Assembly: GCF_000143415.4 (NCBI RefSeq)
Contig: NW_003314271.1
Span: 682,001 to 746,000 of the forward strand
Direction of reading: 5' to 3'
DNA from: Selaginella moellendorffii
Taxonomy: Eukaryota > Plantae > Lycopodiophyta
DNA length: 64,000 bases
Below, piece after piece: positions 1-11,167 of the stretch (position 1 is its first letter; each line of letters opens with the position of its first letter). Below the pieces are notes generated by a model that worked only from the letters and a program-made list of their open reading frames with translations, made no database searches and was not told the DNA's origin. The translations under genes and the position numbers were made by a program.

Positions 1-59
1 TTTTTAGGGCACCAGGGAGAGAGGTAGATTCATGGTTTTAATATTAGATTTTTTAGGGA

Positions 60-2506
60 ATGGAGATATGGAGGCTCGACGCCGCGGAGCCAATCGTCGA
101 GCAGGTACTAGCGGCACAGCCATGGGAGGCGCTTCAGCGGCGTAAGCTATTCCTCCTCAATCACGTCGATGGCGAGATCGAGGACGAGGACGGCGACTGC
201 GCCAATGGCTTCATCCTCGCCGATCCAATACCCTCGCCCTACCTCGGATCGCTGTACGTCGGCGCTTGCAGCGGCCGCAAGCACAAGCGCGAGATCGAGG
301 TCGCCGATCGCCAGCCGGAGCACCAGATTCACGCCAGCGATGCGTGGTTCTGGTGTAATCTCTGCAACAAGGAGGTTTCTTTGGAATCCCTGGCGCTCGC
401 GAGCTCCTCCGGGTGTTCTTGCCTCTTTTGCCGCGGCTGCCTGGAATCGGTGGTGTCCAGCGCGATCAAGGACGTTCTTCGCAGGAATCCTCCCCAGGTT
501 TTGGATCCCGGCCCCAGCAGCAAGTCTCAATCGAAATGCCCCAAGCTGATGATCGATCTCACGAAGGATGACGACGATGGCGACGACGATTGTAGCATCG
601 TTGGCGAGGTAGCGTCTTCTTCTTCGTTTTCTTCTTTGTGGGACTATCTCCCATGTCCGTCACCATTCTGCCGGGGGAAGTTCCGGCTTACAGACATCCA
701 GTCCGTCTCTCCGGATTGTTTCGCCCAGTGGGAGGCAGCAGCGAGCGATGCTCTCGTCAAGAACAGTGGCTCCTTCGTCAAGTGTCCGGGTTGCCAGGTC
801 GTGATCGAGAAAGTCGAGAGTGATTTGCCTCCGGGGCTGGCTCTTTCCGGGGTGCCGGAGTTTGACAGAACGGTTCCTTTCACCGAGCTCGACGACGATG
901 GCAATCGTCTCTCTCGCCGCGCCATGGTGGACAAGGCCGTGAATCGCTTCCGGTGCGTGGTTTGCAGCATGGACTTTTGTGCTGCGTGCTTGCAACGCCC
1001 CTACCACCTGGGAAAGACTTGCGAGGAGTTCTCGCTCGAGAAGAAGGCTCTGCGGTGCATCTACTGCCATCAAGTGTGTCGGCACGAGATCAAGTCGCTC
1101 GTCGGTGGGAATGATGTTGAGAGTTCTTCGGTGAAGGATATACGAAGTCGGCTTGAGCAGGAAGGGGTGGACAGTGGATGGTGCGTGGAGAAAAGTGATC
1201 TTGTCGCGGTGGAGAGGTTGTGCGATCGTGTCTGCCAGGAAATGGAGTGTAGGCAACGGTTGAAACAAGCTTGCACGCGCAACTTACACTGCGGACACCA
1301 CTGCTGTGGAGTGAGAGGTGAACGAAATTGCCTACCTTGTCTAGAGGTACCTTGTTAGGATTGCCTTGTGTCCTTGTGTGTTCTTCCTCGGTTTTATGCT
1401 TTTGGTGGTGGTGGATGCTTCCTTCTTGACGTTCATTTTTCTTCGTGTTTGTTTCCTTGCTTCGAGTTCGTTGAGCTCCTGATTTTGTTTTGTGCTGATG
1501 TAAACGACTGTTTTTTCTTCGTTTATCTCCTCGTCTCCAGTTTTTCATGAATCTATTTCACTTTCTTTTTTGGCAAAATAGTTCACACTCTCTACTTCTT
1601 CCTATACAGGAGGAATGCCAGAAGCAGAAGCTCTCGGGAAAGGCATTGGCGTCTGCTGATGACTTTTGTGGCATTTGCTTGGTGGAGGCGCTTCGTTCGG
1701 CCCCTTCAATTCTGCTTCAGTGTGGCCACATTGTGCACTTGCATTGTGCCAAGCGACAAATCCAGCAGGGATGTCCTGGCCCTCAAATCTCATTCGGGTA
1801 TTTAAAGTGCCCCCAGTGCAAGCTTCTTATGAAGCACAGTAAGCTGGACGCGGACATGCACAAGCATTTGACGACAATGGGCCAGGTAAGCAACACGCTG
1901 GTTTTAAACTTCTTGGAACTCTTTCATTGTTGCGTTTGCAGATCAAAGCCAGAGCAATCAAACGTTTGAAACTGGAAGGAGTTTATGACAAGCTCAAGGC
2001 TAGTTGCAGCTCTGATGACAAACTGACTTCCTTGGCCTTGGAGCAGTACCAGTATTATATGTGCAGCAAGTGCAAGAACCCGTACTACGGTGGGAAGCGG
2101 AACTGCGGCCCAAACTTGGCGTAAGAGTTTTCTTTGTTTGCGCATTGCATAAGTTCTCAGAGCGTGGATTCTTGACAGGGAGGACCAAGGACGGCAATAC
2201 GATCCCTCGGAGCTCGTTTGCGGTGGATGCAGTGCTGGTGCCGATGGCAAGTGCAAGCTTGGTCACGGTAACCAGTTCGTCGAGTTTAAGTGTCGGTTTT
2301 GCTGCTCCATAGCGACGTTTTTCTGCTTTGGAACCATCCACTTCTGTGACAGTTGTCACGGGATCTGGCCTCAGCAGCACTCGAGCTCGTACGTGCTTCC
2401 TCAGTGCAAAGGGCCCCAACACTGTCCACTGGGAATAGCTCACGCTCCAAACGGTAAGGAGCATTGTTTGGGTTGTTCTATGTGTAGAAGCCAAGAGCAG
2501 CTATAG
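60..2506 (+). CDS. RING1-IBR + MYCBP2/Highwire/RPM-1-type RING-Cys-Relay (RCR) E3 ubiquitin ligase; 4 exons (60-1346, 1610-1885, 1942-2120, 2179-2506)
   Basis: GT-AG splicing joins the ORFs in frame. C-terminal half reads ACTRNLHCGHHCCGV...DDFCGICLVEALRSAPSILLQCGHIVHLHC...GPQISFGYLKCPQC...YYMCSKCKNPYYGGKRNC...YDPSELVCGGCS...EFKCRFCCSIATFFCFGTIHFCDSCH...CPLGIAHAPNGKEHCLGCSMCR, colinear with the MYCBP2 C-terminus. N-terminal half has a RING-like CNLC..CSCLFCRGC..CPSPFC and an IBR-like KCPGC..RCVVCSMDFCAAC..YHLGKTC. Confidence 0.85.
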
Positions 2507-2630
2507 AGCAACAAGCCGTACAGATTTTTCCAAAGGCGAAGTTCTGTTCTTTTGTCTCGTTTATTTATTTTGGAGTTTACGCACAGAGGTAAATGTTTTC
2601 TTAAGTATTATTTTAATTTTTTTCTTCTGC

Positions 2631-3342
2631 TTAAACTGGTCCTGGTGCTGGCGCTGGTGCTGGTGCTGGTGGTTTTGCAGGACGAGTGCAACACTCGAGC
2701 GTTCCATCATCGTTGGTTGCGAGAGTAGCAATTTCCACGGCTTCCCCGCTGCCATACTTGCAACTCAGCTTGGTTTCCTCCAACGAGCAGCTGCTTCTTG
2801 GATCTGAGGTACACGTCTTGACATTCAGGGAGGCTTTGTAATTCTCTGTACTGTCGACTCTCTTGCAGGAAGCCAGCAGCATCCCGGTGGTGTCGTTGTA
2901 AGACGTAGCAGTGCAACTATCGAGAAATCCACCGCAGGAGCCGGAGCCAGAGCCGTCGCTGGTCCTGCAACACACCAAGCTTCCATCGTTGTTGCTGGCG
3001 TACGTCTCCAGGTCGACGGGGAAGGAATCGTTGTTGGTGCAAGTGAAGATCGCGTTTGGTGCTAGCGAGGAGGTCCGGAGCTGGCAATCGGCGACTCCAC
3101 CGCACTTTTCTATGCTCAAGCTCGAGTTGTGCATGGAGCCATTAACCGCTCGGCAGCTGGCTTCTAGGACTTTGTTTGTGTAGGAGAGGGGTGTACAGCT
3201 CCTCAGGAAGCCTCCACATTGATCGCAGCTCTACAAAAGAAAAAAAAAAAAGTCAAGTGTTTTGGAGTCTATTTACTATGCTTACCACAAGCAGTAATGT
3301 GTTGATTACAACCACCAGCAAGATGCATACAAGCTTATCCAT
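2631..3342 (-). CDS. Secreted Cys-rich cyanovirin-N-homology (CVNH)-like protein, paralog 1; exons 3342-3286, 3230-2631
   Basis: Signal peptide MDKLVCILLVVVINTLLLV|SC across a phase-0 GT-AG intron; two internal repeats CGGFLxSCT...LxASC...DLxxxAxNxDGxLxCC resembling CVNH F.xSC/L.A.C/DL...N.DG.L motifs; Pro-Ala tail. Confidence 0.7.
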
Positions 3343-4407
3343 TGTGTATGGCTAACACTGACGAGTGGTTTGTTAAAGTACCTTCGTTAGGTCCGGAATG
3401 TATGTTAAAGGACAGAATGGCACCGAAGACAGCCATGTATGTTGTATGTGTATGCTAGGGGCGTATGATACTATGCATGTAAAAGTCTGATGAAAAACAT
3501 TTAATAATAGGATTTTAAGCTTAGTCTATTGTAATTAGTTAAATGACAATAAGCTAAACTAGACCATTTGTTTCTTATAATTAATATTATTGGATAGAAT
3601 GGACTTTGCTCAACTAACAAAAACCTGCTAAAGTAGAATCAAAACAAAGGGAAAGAGGATACCTGAGTGCATTCCAAGTAATGAGTTGCATGTTCTTCAT
3701 ATTCCAAGCTGTTGATTCTATAAAACTTCACATCCTTGGAATTCCGGGGAGACTCGCGTGCGCTCAGTCCAGAATGCAACGACAATTTCCTTAATTCGGT
3801 GTCTGATATTTCTTCCGAGCTGTGCGTCCGAGCCTACCATTGCTTCGGGCCTCCTCTGCCTTTGCTTCATAGCAGCGTCATTAACTCTGTTTTGCCCAGC
3901 AAAGACAGATAAATTTCTTGATTGAACTCCTTTATTTTGTTGGCGAGCTTAATTTGCGTTTTGAGAGCAGATTTCCAAGACCTTTGAGAACAAGAAAACA
4001 AAAGGAACAAGCCTTTAGGTAGTTTAGGAAGAGGTTAAGAATCTCAAGCTTATTGTACTTGCGCGTCTCTCAGCGAAAAAGGAACTGATTTTCTTCGCCG
4101 TAGCTCGTTTGGCGTTCATGGGACGAGCTCTCAAACGGCTATCCGACCTAGAAGACAAACCTGACTGGGACGAAACCATCGCTGCTTCGGCTCGTTTTAT
4201 CCAGCCGTAATCTAGGATGTATTGCTCTGCCCTAAATGCTCTCTCCTCTTCCCCCACCACGAGCGTGACGAGATTCTTTGGCTCGCTTGCCCTCACCGCT
4301 CAGCCTAGAATCCATTGAAAAACTTGGCCATTAAAGTGGTTCATAAACCGGTTGGTTACTAAAACATTTAACCAGTTTATGATACACCGTTCTGTGCTTA
4401 ATACCGG

Positions 4408-4550
4408 AGCAGCTCCACTCGTGGTGAGCGTCATCGGAGAGAATGATCCTCGAGTGGATGCACGCGAGCGTTGGCTCATCTCTGGAGCTCCCCGCACGAT
4501 CACATTCTCTTGCTCGAAGCGCATACACGTGGATGACAGTGTGGATTTTT
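4408..4550 (-). pseudogene. Degenerate fragment homologous to the 5' end of the PPR gene (~18517-18705)
   Basis: Reverse complement aligns with deletions, e.g. GGAGCTCCAGAGATGAGCCAACGCTCGCG vs GGAGCTCCGGAGGTGAGCCAACGCTCGCG; shared CGTGTATGCG. Confidence 0.7.
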
Positions 4551-4580
4551 CTTTGACGTGGCATCACAACTCTTCAACCT

Positions 4581-5272
4581 TTATTCTTGGAGAACGCAGC
4601 ACAAGAGCACTCCTTCGAGGTTGCCGGCGACGCGACCCAGATCGATCGGCGCGCCGTTCCCCTCCTGGCAGCTCAGCTTACCTTGGTCCAGTTTGCAATT
4701 TGTGCTGGCGCTCCTGGTACAAGTCTTGAGATCGATGTAGGCCTCTTCGTTGGGCGGCTTGTCATGGCCCCTCTCGCAGCTCGCGACGAGCAATCCAGAG
4801 GCCTGATCGTAGCCCATGGGCGTGCACGAGTCGAGGAAATCGCCGCAAGCCTCGATCTTGGGATTGTTGCAGCAAACGATGGATCCGTCGTCGTTCCCGG
4901 CATAGGTGTTCATGTCGATTGCTGCCTCGCGGGCATCGACGCAGACGAGTGGAATCGATGGTTCGACGTGGACTTCGCAGCTGGAGACTCCATTCCCGCA
5001 GCTTCTCACGTCGAAGTCTGTGGTGTGGGGGGTACCCTTGATTGTGCTGCACTCGACTTTGAGGACAAAATTCTCATACGAGAGAGGTGTGCAGCTTTTC
5101 ATGAATCCTCCACAAGGTTCAGCGCAACTCTAAGCAAATATCAGGACAAAAGAAGAAAATTTAGCGACAATCAAGATGGAAATTCTAGAATACTTACAGC
5201 AAAGAACTTGCATTTTGCAAAAGAGATGATCGCCAAGGTCCAAATCCAGCTAGCTCTAATTGCTTGCTTCAT
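4581..5272 (-). CDS. Secreted Cys-rich CVNH-like protein, paralog 2; exons 5272-5198, 5129-4581
   Basis: Signal peptide MKQAIRASWIWTLAIISFAKCKFFA|SC with the same intron position and phase as paralog 1; repeats CGGFMKSCTP..IDMNTYAGNDDGSIVCC and CGDFLDSCTP..IDLGRVAGNLEGVLLCC. Confidence 0.7.
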
Positions 5273-5647
5273 TTCTTTGTGTCAATGTTAGTAACACAGA
5301 AGTATGTGTGTTTATAGGTTTACGAGAATGTGACATTTGCATGAACATAGTAAAATTCGTTTGACAAAGAGAATTCATGAGGCCTCCCCACGTTTTGTAT
5401 GGAAGATTAAAGATGGTATGTCCTTTTGTTTCTTTGTTGCCACCTGGCCAAATAAAATGGTGTTCAATTAGCAATGATCCAGATTTTATTATTATTTTTT
5501 TAATGGATGGGCTAATAGCTTTTGACTTTCACACCAGGAATTGAAATTAATAAATCTAAAAATAATAAACAATCATTATAATAACATTTTTCTAACCAAT
5601 AAAATTAAACTAAAGCTAAAATCCTATACAAAATACAAAACTAAAAC

Positions 5648-5807
5648 TATGAGTGCATGGAATATGGGAAGGGAATATAAAAAATATGTATATCAATTAA
5701 CTAAAAAACCTTAGCTTATATACAGGAGCGAATGGTCTGAATTGAAACCAATCTAATAGCTACCAAAATCCCACTACACTAATATTAATATAAAGCAAGA
5801 CCTCACA
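5648..5807 (-). repeat. 3' LTR of the gypsy element
   Basis: Homologous to 11002-11167; adjacent polypurine tract. Confidence 0.85.
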
Positions 5808-8615
5808 TCATCCCCTCCTTTCAGAATAATAGAAGACCATAGTCTCTTATAAATGGGCCGAGATCTGGTGGAACATCAGGAGGAGCCATTGGTGGATTTG
5901 TAAGTAATATTAGTTGTTCCTAATCCTTTTGTACAAAGCATTTCAATTGCTACACATGCACAATTTCTAGAGGATTTGCCTGTTGGATGTCATGCCAAAC
6001 TTTATAAACTTGTGGTCCAACTTGCCATAACACCTGATACAGTCTTTTTCATTAAGCAAGGAGCCCCTTAAATAAACCATGTACCATAAGATGGAAAAAA
6101 TAAACTAACACTGAGTCATCCACTTTGTGCTCTGTAAGTGGATGATGATGGGAATTATAGCATCTTTGTTGTCCCATTTGTACGTAGCCTAGGTGTTTGG
6201 TAGACTCTACTTAGACAAGTGAAAGAATGTTTATCAAATATTGATCCCATAACTTAGCATTGACAGCTTGTGGCAATCCCAAAGGTAAAATTAGCTCTGT
6301 TAATAATATTGGATCATGACCATATAAGAGTTTATATGGTGAAAAACCAATAGAACTTTGCACCCTTGTGATATATGCATACTGAAGAGATAGCAAATAA
6401 CCATCATAATCCGAATGCTAAAAGTTAACATACTTTGTAATCATCCCTTTGAATGTCTGAATAAGTTGTTCCATTAAACCATCTGACTGTAGATGATAAG
6501 CACTTGTGAAAGTGTGGCATATCCCTAACCAAGACATCAAAACATAAAATACCTCAGCCATAAATGTAGGGCCATTATTATAAAGAATCTGCTTTAGACA
6601 AGAATGGAACATTACTCGATTGAGAAGGAAGTATCTAATAGCAATTGTAGAGGCATTAGCAAGAGCATCAACTTCCACCTAACAAATCAAGTAGTTAAAA
6701 GCAATAATAACATATTCATTGCTAACAGTCGATCATGGAAAAGATCCCATAAAATCAAATGCCACAAACTCAAATGGACGAGAAACTGCAATTAACTTCA
6801 ACTGTCCTTTCGTAGCATGAAAGGGAGTATTATGAGCTTGACACTAAACATAGCTACACACATACCGAATAACATCACATTGCATCTCCGGTCAATAAAA
6901 AGATTTGTGCAGCTTCTCGGTCAAACGACAATGTTCTATATGCCCACCTAAAATAGGAGAATCATGGTACGCCTAGAGAAACCGTGGAATAAAGATTGAA
7001 AGTATCACCAATTGTAAATAATTATCAAGATTCATCCCCACAAAATAAATAAGGCTGTCTTCAAGGCAATATTAAAAATGTAAATGCCAGAATGGCAAAT
7101 TATCAGTGATACAAGATTCTCAAACCCTTCTTGAAGCCTTTGAATTCACGACTCAATCTTTTGAGCCTCATAAACCTTATTAAGAGAAGGTAGGCCTTGC
7201 TCTATACTTTGTGGACACAAAACGTTAAATACAACAATTGCCAATGGCATAGAATCCTCGTTTAGAAAATCCATAAATACTGAAACAATAGGCTTGTCAA
7301 AAACATGAAAAGAGAGTGAAAAAGGAAGAGGAGCTTGAGAAAGGGCATTAACATCACTATAGAACTCCCCAAGTGATGAATAATATCAAAATCATATATT
7401 TGAAGCTTCAAAGCCCACCGAATAGTACGACCAACCAGGTTTTTTCGCTTCAATAATAAAGTAATGGCAATATAATCACCTTCTAGTAACATTCGAGAAC
7501 TATGTAGATATGCATACAGTTTTTTGAAACCCTAGACTGTTACTAAACACTCCTCTATCGTAGAGTGGTTCACATCCGTTGGTTGTAATATATGGCTGAT
7601 ATATGCAATGGGATGGTGTTAACTAGACACACTCAGGCTTTCTTGCATTAACACACTTTCAAGACCAATATTAAAAGCATCCACGCACAAAATGAAAGGT
7701 CAAGTATAGTCAGGATACGCTAAAACCGGAGGAGTCATTAATAGCTCTTTGAGATATATGAACGCCCGCTCACAGTCTAAAAACCAAATGAAAAACAATG
7801 TTGATGACTTTAGCAATGCTCACAACAGTGTAGTGCGATCAGAAAGATGATTCACAAAACAATTGAGATACTGCACCTTGCCCAAGAAGCGCTACACATC
7901 ATTCACACACTTCAGAGTAGGAAATTTTAGAACAGCCACAAGCTTATCAGAATCAACTTGCAAACCCTTACGAGAAATATAGTACCCAAGATAAATTGTG
8001 TCTTTGGACCCAAACACACACTTCGACCGCTTCAGCTTTAAACCAACATCTTATAGCTGATCCAACCTTTATAAAGATTATAGATGTGTTCCTTTCATGT
8101 CCCCTTCGAATGGATCAAGACATAGTCAACAGTCACTTCCCGCATATTGTAAAGAATTTCATCCATCATCTACTAGAAATTCATTGAAGCATTGTTCAAA
8201 TTAAATGACATCACCAAGAACTCGTACAAACCAAATGGTGTATAAAAAACAGTCTTGGGAATATCTTTTTCAACTATTAATACTTGCCAGTACCCAAAAG
8301 CAAGATGTAGCTTCATGAACTAACAACTTCTCCCTAGACAATCCAAGAGATTAGTAGTGTGAGGAAGAAGGTACACATTCTGAATCGTCACTTTGTTTAA
8401 CAAATAATAATCGATGTAAAAGCAAATACTCCCATTAAGCTTCATCACAAGGTGAGGTTCACATGCCCAGGAACTCTATGACTTTTGAATAACACCCATT
8501 TCTAATATTTCCTTGACGTTTGCATGTAAAATCTTGATCTCTTTGGATGACTAATGATGAGTGGAACAAGACAGAAACATAGGAGGAAGTAATCGGAAGA
8601 TAAAAGTAAAGGTAG

Positions 8616-9213
8616 TGTAAGCAACCAAAATGAACGACTCGAAAGACGATCCATAGGGGTTCAAATATAGAGGGAAAGGGCCCATGAATAAGAGTGCACC
8701 CCCTTTTCCAATTGGTTAAGGGTCTTGGGATATTTGGGGTTAAACGTCCTTGGGTTTGAATAGTACTGGGTTGGATGACCTCCTGGGAAGTCTAAACTCA
8801 AGTCACTTACATTTGGTATCAGAGGGGGTCTCGAGTCCGACTCTGTTGGTTGGCTAGGGGAATCGCACCACATGTTAATTGACATCTGGCTGGTCCAGTT
8901 TGCTCCCGCTGGGCTCGACCTGAGGGGTAGGGTGTCAAGAGAGCGGGGCTCTCGGGAGAGTTGCGGCTCTCAGCTTCCGTTCACGAGGGCGTGAACTTGT
9001 AGGGAAGCGTGGTAGATTGTAAGCAACCAAAGGGAACGATTCGAAAGACGATCCATAGGGGTTCAAATATAGAGGGAAAGGGCCCATGAATAAGAGTGCA
9101 CCCCCTTTTCCAATCGGTTAAGGGTCTTGGGATAATTGGGGTTAAGCGTCCTTGGGTTTGAAAAGTACTGGGCTGGGTGACCTCTCGGGAAGTCCAAATT
9201 TAAGGAGCTTACA
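8616..9213 (+). mobile_element. Complete Cassandra-type TRIM (non-autonomous LTR element with 5S rRNA-like sequence in its LTRs), nested in the gypsy element
   Basis: LTRs 8616-8811 and 9018-9213 (TGTAAG...CTTACA); PBS TGGTATCAGAG (initiator tRNA-Met) at 8814-8824; purine-rich tract before LTR2; perfect 5-bp TSD GGTAG; LTR core GTTAAGCGTCCTTGGG..AGTACTGGGCTGGGTGACCTCTCGGGAAGTCC matches the 5S rRNA internal control region. Confidence 0.92.
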
Positions 9214-10351
9214 GGTAGAAGTAATGGGACAAAGAGGTACAAAAGTGAAAGGAATGGATGAAATATAAAGAAGTATGAGATAAGGGGGAGAAACCTCAAA
9301 GTTATACTTGGCATGATTGTACTGTAACCAATCTATACCAAGGATGAAGTCAAAAGCTTGACTTGGCACCACCTGCAATAACTGCAACCCAAGCTTGAGA
9401 TCACCCATAAGTATAATTAGATCCACCTCGTCCCATGCACATGCATGTGTATGGCTGTTGCTATAAAGAATGAAAACTGGCTCCGCCACACAACACAAGT
9501 ATAGACAGCAATGTGTGGTAATAGGTCGAGCAATAGAAGATAAATTATATCAACCAACATGGAAAGAATAATAGAAGACCTTTTGTTATACAAACGAGAT
9601 TGAAAAGTAAACACTGGATGAACTGGTGTCAAGTGAACCCCTTGATAATACTCTCAAAAGAAAGATGGAAGGGTCATTAATAAGTTCTTTCCATTACTCG
9701 TGTGACTCCTCGTTTTTTGGATGCATCTTGGTATCCAGACCTTCCACTGCAACAGCACCAACAGGATGTTGTTGACGCTAATGTCTCCACCCAAGAAATG
9801 GAGGTTGCCAATCTGAAAAATGCCAATAATGCTAATAGATGTGACCAATTTCATCACACACCTAGTAGCAAACATCACGGCCACGACCACATCCTCGCCC
9901 TTGTCCTTGGACTCGAACAGCAGCAGCATTAACCTCCATTAGAAGAGGACCATCACCCATAGAAAGTGGAGTTGAAGAATGTGCAACAAGAAGTGGAAGA
10001 GGCAACATCTCATAATGTTGTGCCAAACGAAGAGCATCGTCAAGGGTGGCTAGAGCAAGTGCATGCACAAGTCCGACAAAATCTTGATAAAGTGCTAGCC
10101 ACAACATTCTTAGTTTGATCTGCTCTGACATATTTGACTCCGCATGAAGCAAGAGGCTTCAGAAACAAATTCCAAATTGTTTCACTAACTTAGATGGCCT
10201 TTGACAAAGACAATACAACTATTAGAGGCATTATCACAATTGTCGGCATGTCTGAATGCACATTTGAAGATGTCCAAAAGAACACTTTAATCCCCACGAG
10301 TGGTTGCGCTCAAACCATTATACCACTACAATGACATTCTTTGGAGACATA

Positions 10352-10537
10352 TGGGAAACTCCTTCCCGGGAGGTCACCCAGCCCAATACTATTCAAACAC
10401 CCAAGGACGCTTAACTCCAAATATCCCAAGACCCTTAACCGATTGGAAAAGGGGGTGCACTCTTGTTCATGGGCCCTTTCCCTCTATATTTGAACCCCAT
10501 GGATCGTCTCTCGAGTCGTTCCCTTTGGTTGCTTACA
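10352..10537 (-). mobile_element. Cassandra solo LTR (slightly deleted) in the gypsy gag region
   Basis: Reverse complement of the 8616/9018 LTR including the 5S-like core; no internal domain. Confidence 0.85.
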
Positions 10538-11001
10538 GGTAATCACTGTGAAGTGATCGAATAAATGGTACACATTATCCCTAGGATTCCCACAAAAGAA
10601 CTCTAGTTGAATGTGAGGATTGGCACCAAGAGCAAGAGAAATTGTACCACATGCCATGAATGTTACCATCAACTGAGTTTGGTTGTTTAATTGCAATCAT
10701 ATAGCATCAAGCAATTGCACCAACTACTGCTCCAAAGTCAAAAGAGGAGGAGAGTGTTGCTTTGCCATGAAGATGAATGAAAAGAAAAGAGCAAAAAAAG
10801 AGGAATGAAAAAAAAAACTAGAAGGAAAGGGAAATTTAGACAATGGAAAAGCTAGATCTAAACCAAAATCCTGAAAGAAAAGAACAAAAGAAAGGAAATG
10901 GAAAAAGCTAGATCTAGATGATGCAAAAGGTAGATCTAAATTAAAATCCCAAATTCAAGCACTCATTAGAGACAATTAAAGGTGCCTCTTATTTCCACCA
11001 A

Positions 11002-11167
11002 TGTGAGTGCATGGAATAATATAGAAAATGTGCATATCAATTAGCCCAAAAACCCTAGTTTATATACAGGAACTAGTGGTATGGGTTGAAACCAATCTGA
11101 CAGTTACCAAAATCCCACTACACTATTATTAGTATATAGCATTATAGCCGTACACTTAGACCTTACA
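11002..11167 (-). repeat. 5' LTR of the gypsy element
   Basis: TG...CA ends; homologous to 5648-5807; adjacent PBS. Confidence 0.85.

Larger units (their letters stand above)
5648..11167 (-). mobile_element. Decayed Ty3/gypsy LTR retrotransposon with both LTRs
   Basis: Direct repeats 5648-5807 and 11002-11167 (T[G/A]TGAGTGCATGG...ACA); PPT complement TCATCCCCTCCTT at 5808-5820; PBS-like TGGTGGAAAT on the minus strand next to 11002; AAAC on both flanks; disrupted minus-strand integrase (SAYHLQSDGLME, GFSPYKLLYG), RT/RNase H (RWALKLQIYDFDIIH) and protease (DFILGIDWL) in gypsy order. Confidence 0.88.

Noticed and set aside
4587-5291. 234-aa plus-strand ORF
   Set aside because: Antisense shadow of CVNH paralog 2, which has the signal peptide, intron and paralog support
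8715-8795. 5S rRNA gene
   Set aside because: Only the internal part of 5S is present and it lies inside LTRs bounded by PBS/TSD; it is Cassandra, not rDNA
8661-10542. Three similar small ORFs (…FPGGHPAQYYSNP…) as a peptide family
   Set aside because: They are antisense translations of the Cassandra LTR
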